DNA of 64,000 nt, from positions 32,001 to 96,000 of the forward strand of contig CAXNJO010000007.1 in NCBI GenBank assembly GCA_964202905.1, read 5' to 3'. The notes below the pieces were generated by a model, which was not told where the DNA came from, searched no databases, and saw nothing but the letters and a program-made list of their open reading frames with translations. Positions within the stretch are counted from its first letter, which is position 1; every line of letters begins with the position of its first letter. A program made the translations under genes and the position numbers. Positions 61,539 through 64,000 of the stretch are shown here, piece by piece. The DNA is from Polyangiales bacterium. Its GTDB lineage: Bacteria; Myxococcota_A; Polyangia; Polyangiales; JADJQN01.

Positions 61539-62840
61539 ATGTCGCGCTCCAAGGTCGCCATCGTTCGTACGAAGCCGTCGACGGTCCTCGAGGACTACCA
61601 CCGGGTGATGAACCTGGCGGACTACCAGCAGACGATTGACCGCAGCGCGGACACCGCGCTGAAGGTGAACATCTCCTGGCACTTCTTCTACCCGGCCTCG
61701 TCGACGACCCCGTGGCAGCTCGAGGGCGTCATCCGCGCGATGCAGCGCGACGGCTACGACAAGGACCTCATCCACGCGTGCCACAACCGCACCGTGGTGA
61801 TCGACGCGCACCTCGGGGAGCGCGAGAACAAGCAGATCGACGTCGTCGAGGCGCACGGCCTGCGCAACGTGCACCTCTACGAGGGCGGCGAGGAGTGGAT
61901 CGACGTCCGCGACGCCGTCGGCGATCTCGCGAAGAAGTTCCTCGTCCTCAACGACGTGTATCCGAAGGGCTTCTCGATCCCGAAGCGCTTCATCGGCGAG
62001 AACATCATCCATCTACCGACCGTGAAGACGCACATCTTCACGACGACGACCGGCGCGATGAAGAACGCGTTCGGCGGCCTCCTCAACGAGCACCGTCACT
62101 GGACGCACCCCGTCATCCACGAGACGCTCGTCGACCTGTTGATGATCCAGAAAAAGATCCACCGCGGCGTCTTCGCCGTGATGGACGGGACCTTCGCAGG
62201 TGATGGTCCCGGTCCGCGCTGCATGATCCCGCACGTCAAGAACGTGCTGCTCGCGAGCTCCGATCAGGTCGCGATCGATGCGGTCGCGGCGAAGCTGATG
62301 GGCTTCGACCCGCTGCGCGACACGAAGTTCGTCCGCCTCGCGCACGAGCTCGGGCTCGGCTGCGGCGACGTGCGCGACATCGAGATCGTCGGCGACGTCG
62401 ACGCCCTCGACGAGAAGTGGAACTTCGAGGGGCCGTTCAAGAACATGACGTTCGCCTCGAAGAACCAGCACCGCATCTACTGGGGCCCGCTCAAGAAGCC
62501 CATCGAGTGGTCGCTGAAGACGTGGCTCGCGCCGTGGGCGTACGTCGCCTCGGTCACGTACCACGACGTCTTCTGGTATCCGGTGCACGGGCAGAAGCAC
62601 ATCCAGAAGGCGCTCGGCTCCGAGTGGGGCAAGCTCTTCGCGAACTGGGGGAAGGTGCACCCCGACGCCGCGGGGCGCGGCTACCCGGACGTCGGGCAGG
62701 CGAGCCCGGAGCTCGTGCGGCTCGGCATGAAGCACTTCGTCGAGGGCGCGCGCCTCATCGGGATGGCCGTCGCCGAGTCCCCCGAGGTGCAGGCCCGCGC
62801 ACGGCGCCGCAGCGCGCAGCAGCAGATCGTGGGCGGGTGA
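61539..62840 (+). CDS. DUF362 family protein
   Basis: LKVNIS..., TTPWQLEGVI, IHLPTVKTH...TGAMKNAFG, VMDG..AGDGPGP, SSDQVAIDAV...MGFDP. Confidence 0.85.
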   Translation: MSRSKVAIVRTKPSTVLEDYHRVMNLADYQQTIDRSADTALKVNISWHFFYPASSTTPWQLEGVIRAMQRDGYDKDLIHACHNRTVVIDAHLGERENKQIDVVEAHGLRNVHLYEGGEEWIDVRDAVGDLAKKFLVLNDVYPKGFSIPKRFIGENIIHLPTVKTHIFTTTTGAMKNAFGGLLNEHRHWTHPVIHETLVDLLMIQKKIHRGVFAVMDGTFAGDGPGPRCMIPHVKNVLLASSDQVAIDAVAAKLMGFDPLRDTKFVRLAHELGLGCGDVRDIEIVGDVDALDEKWNFEGPFKNMTFASKNQHRIYWGPLKKPIEWSLKTWLAPWAYVASVTYHDVFWYPVHGQKHIQKALGSEWGKLFANWGKVHPDAAGRGYPDVGQASPELVRLGMKHFVEGARLIGMAVAESPEVQARARRRSAQQQIVGG

Positions 62841-62925
62841 GCGCGGCGCGGGCCGCGACGATCGGACGCGCCGACCGCCGCGTCTGCGCGTCCCGTTCGC
62901 GCGGCGTACTGCTAGGATGCGCGCC

Positions 62926-64000
62926 GTGAGCGACGCCCGACGCGCCATCGATCTCGGTTCCGTGCGCGCCGACGGCTGGTTCTCCCGCCTCGGCGACGAC
63001 GCGCGCGAGTACCGCCAGCTCTGCCAGGTCGTGGGTGAGCGCTTCGTCGCCTTCAGCGTGATCGCCGGCGTGAACATCCGCGCGCTCACGCTCGATCGAC
63101 GCTCGCCCGACGCCTCGCTCATCGACTTCAGCGTCGGCGAGAGTTCCGTCGAGCAGCGCCTCCCGCTCGGCGAGTACCGCCGCCGCGTCGCGACCGCCAT
63201 GCTCGCCGAGGAGGACACGACCGCCGCCCTCCCGGACGATCCGCAACCCGAGGATCTGCAAGCGTTTCTGGGCTTGCGGACGCTGATGCTCGCGGGGCTC
63301 TACGGCGTCGAGGTGCGCGCGCTCCGCGTCGGCGGTGGGCGTCCGATCGGTGTGAGCGTCGGCGCGGGCGCGTCGGAGGCGGAGATCACGCCCGAGGATT
63401 TGCGTGAGTCGCTCCGCGACTGCGTGCGCGACGAGCTCGCGCGGGTGCGTCCGCAGTCGCCGTTTGCGATCGATCTCTCGCGCGTGCCGGAGGCCTCCGA
63501 GGCCCTCGCCGCGGGACACGACGAGCGCGTCATCGAGCTGCTCGGCGCGTGGCCGGGGCCGCTCTCGATGCTGCTGCGCACGGCCGAGGGGATGGCCCTC
63601 GGGGCCGAGTCGCGGTCCACGCTCGGGGACGCGCTCGGCATGCTCGGCGCCGCGTACACGCGGACGGCGCGCTACGACTGGGCGGACGAGGTTCTCCGCC
63701 TCGGCATCCAGTGGGCGCAGGACGGCGCCGCGGGGGCACGGCTCTTCCGGCGGCTCGCGGAGGCGCACGTCGCGCGCGACCGGCACGGCGAGGCGATCGG
63801 GCTGTTGCGGCGCGCGCTCGCGCTCGGGGCGCCCGTCGCGGAGGTGCTGCCGACGCTCGCGCGCTGTTACGCCGCGCGCGAGCGCTGGGTCGCCGCGCTG
63901 CTCTGCGTCGAGCAGGGCGAGGCCGCGGGGGTCCCGGTGGAGGTGATGGCCGACGTCCGCGCGGCGGCCGAGGGCGTGCTCGGCGAGGGGTGGAACCGAC
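62926..64000 (+). CDS. Conserved hypothetical protein with C-terminal TPR-like helices (runs off the window edge)
   Basis: Open frame from GTG 62926 (TAGGAT 7 nt upstream): DGWFSRLG...LCQVVGERFVAFS...WADEVLRLGIQW...EAIGLLRRALALGA. Confidence 0.7.
   Translation, partial: MSDARRAIDLGSVRADGWFSRLGDDAREYRQLCQVVGERFVAFSVIAGVNIRALTLDRRSPDASLIDFSVGESSVEQRLPLGEYRRRVATAMLAEEDTTAALPDDPQPEDLQAFLGLRTLMLAGLYGVEVRALRVGGGRPIGVSVGAGASEAEITPEDLRESLRDCVRDELARVRPQSPFAIDLSRVPEASEALAAGHDERVIELLGAWPGPLSMLLRTAEGMALGAESRSTLGDALGMLGAAYTRTARYDWADEVLRLGIQWAQDGAAGARLFRRLAEAHVARDRHGEAIGLLRRALALGAPVAEVLPTLARCYAARERWVAALLCVEQGEAAGVPVEVMADVRAAAEGVLGEGWNR

Overview
Very GC-rich (~73-75% by eye) bacterial DNA. Gene content (MYXO-CTERM tail, FrzS-like pseudo-receiver, PEGA, FHA and Ser/Thr kinase proteins, DUF1588/DUF1585-type cytochrome lipoproteins) points to a myxobacterium, probably Polyangiales-like (inference). 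About 57 CDS and one tRNA-Cys; no transposase, integrase, prophage, rRNA or CRISPR array was recognised. Two candidate systems stand out. (1) 37.6-57.8 kb: a 17-kb Tad/Flp pilus gene cluster resembling the Myxococcus Kil predation apparatus. It has five prepilins, TWO intact CpaF ATPases (one FHA-fused), further FHA-like/TPR/PEGA accessory proteins, no recognisable TadZ/CpaE, and a divergently transcribed membrane Ser/Thr kinase with an extracellular beta-propeller. (2) 9.0-17.8 kb: an envelope redox cluster in which DUF3570 (beta-barrel) and DUF4266 (C-terminal CGC) sit with four CxxCH-type heme-motif proteins, a second predicted barrel and a Tat-exported protein, without the ApbE/thioredoxin partners I expect beside them. 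Many first genes have a TAnnnT -10 box 6-8 nt before the start codon (leaderless-type transcription). At least 10 genes carry frameshifts, nearly all +1 insertions (six in acnA), most likely assembly errors. All family calls are from motif recognition by eye, not database searches.
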